64,000 nucleotides of DNA, from assembly GCF_016433145.1 (NCBI RefSeq), contig NC_058132.1, positions 140,995,284 to 141,059,283 of the forward strand, written 5' to 3'. Below the pieces are notes generated by a model. The model was not told the DNA's origin, ran no database searches, and worked only from the letters and a program-made list of their open reading frames with translations. A program made the translations under genes and the position numbers. The stretch's first letter is position 1. Each line of letters begins with the position of its first letter. Below, one piece after another: positions 63,561 to 64,000 of the stretch. This DNA comes from Gracilinanus agilis (Eukaryota).

Positions 63561-64000
63561 CTTCAAGATAGCATCCTTTGCCAGAATAAGAATAAGCCTC
63601 ACCTCATTCAGAATACAAAATGGCCTCTTCATTACCTTTGGCCTGAGTGAGTCAGAAGCAATTTTATGTCTTTACTTTCAGAAGCAAACAGTGTCTTTAC
63701 AAAAGTATTTTTGGGATTTTAGAATGTGTCTTTTGAGTTTATACTTTAAAAATGTTCAAAACTGTAGTCTAATCATTTAGGAATACATTTTATGAACCTG
63801 AAGCTAGGCCCCTTTGTTTCTATGGCTCCCTACCTCAGTTTCTTTCACAAGCAAACCTGGGCTTAATTTGTATTCTTAGTCCCCTCACTTTCTTACCTAG
63901 CCTGTTCAATTTGCATTCAAAGGAGTGCCTATCTGAGAGAAATCAAGTGGGCTTGAAGCTCTGGAAAACACTATAGTGGCTTCCAGAGGTAGCAATAGTC

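Larger units (their letters stand above)
12428..64000 (+). other. USP12: USP12 intron 1 (over 51 kb, continues beyond the window)
   Basis: ATG|GTAGGT donor. No exon encoding the expected [27 protein letters not shown] was seen downstream by eye. The region is repeat-rich. Confidence 0.8.

Overview
Marsupial genomic DNA, most likely the opossum Monodelphis domestica or a close didelphid, judged from SINE1_Mdo-type SINEs, Mar1, marsupial L1, RTE, L2 and L3/CR1 remnants. The only recognisable host gene is USP12 on the + strand: a CpG-island promoter (about 11.7-12.8 kb), a first coding exon of 48 nt (12380-12427, MEILMTVSKFASICTM) and a first intron that runs past the window end. I did not find exon 2. 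The rest is mostly transposon-derived: many solo LTRs, SINEs with target-site duplications (TSDs), L1/L2/L3/RTE fragments, three hAT MITEs and microsatellites. There are two N gaps and one probable assembly duplication. The most interesting signals cluster at the USP12 5' end. (1) A strong-Kozak, out-of-frame upstream ORF (uORF) covers Met1, and its stop overlaps the Met5 codon (TAATG). (2) A third in-frame AUG with optimal context sits at the exon junction and would give an MGxxxS N-terminus. (3) A degenerate repeat array in proximal intron 1 is dense in 5' splice-site-like hexamers. Repeat family names come from memory of consensus sequences and need Dfam/Repbase confirmation; boundaries of old repeats are approximate.
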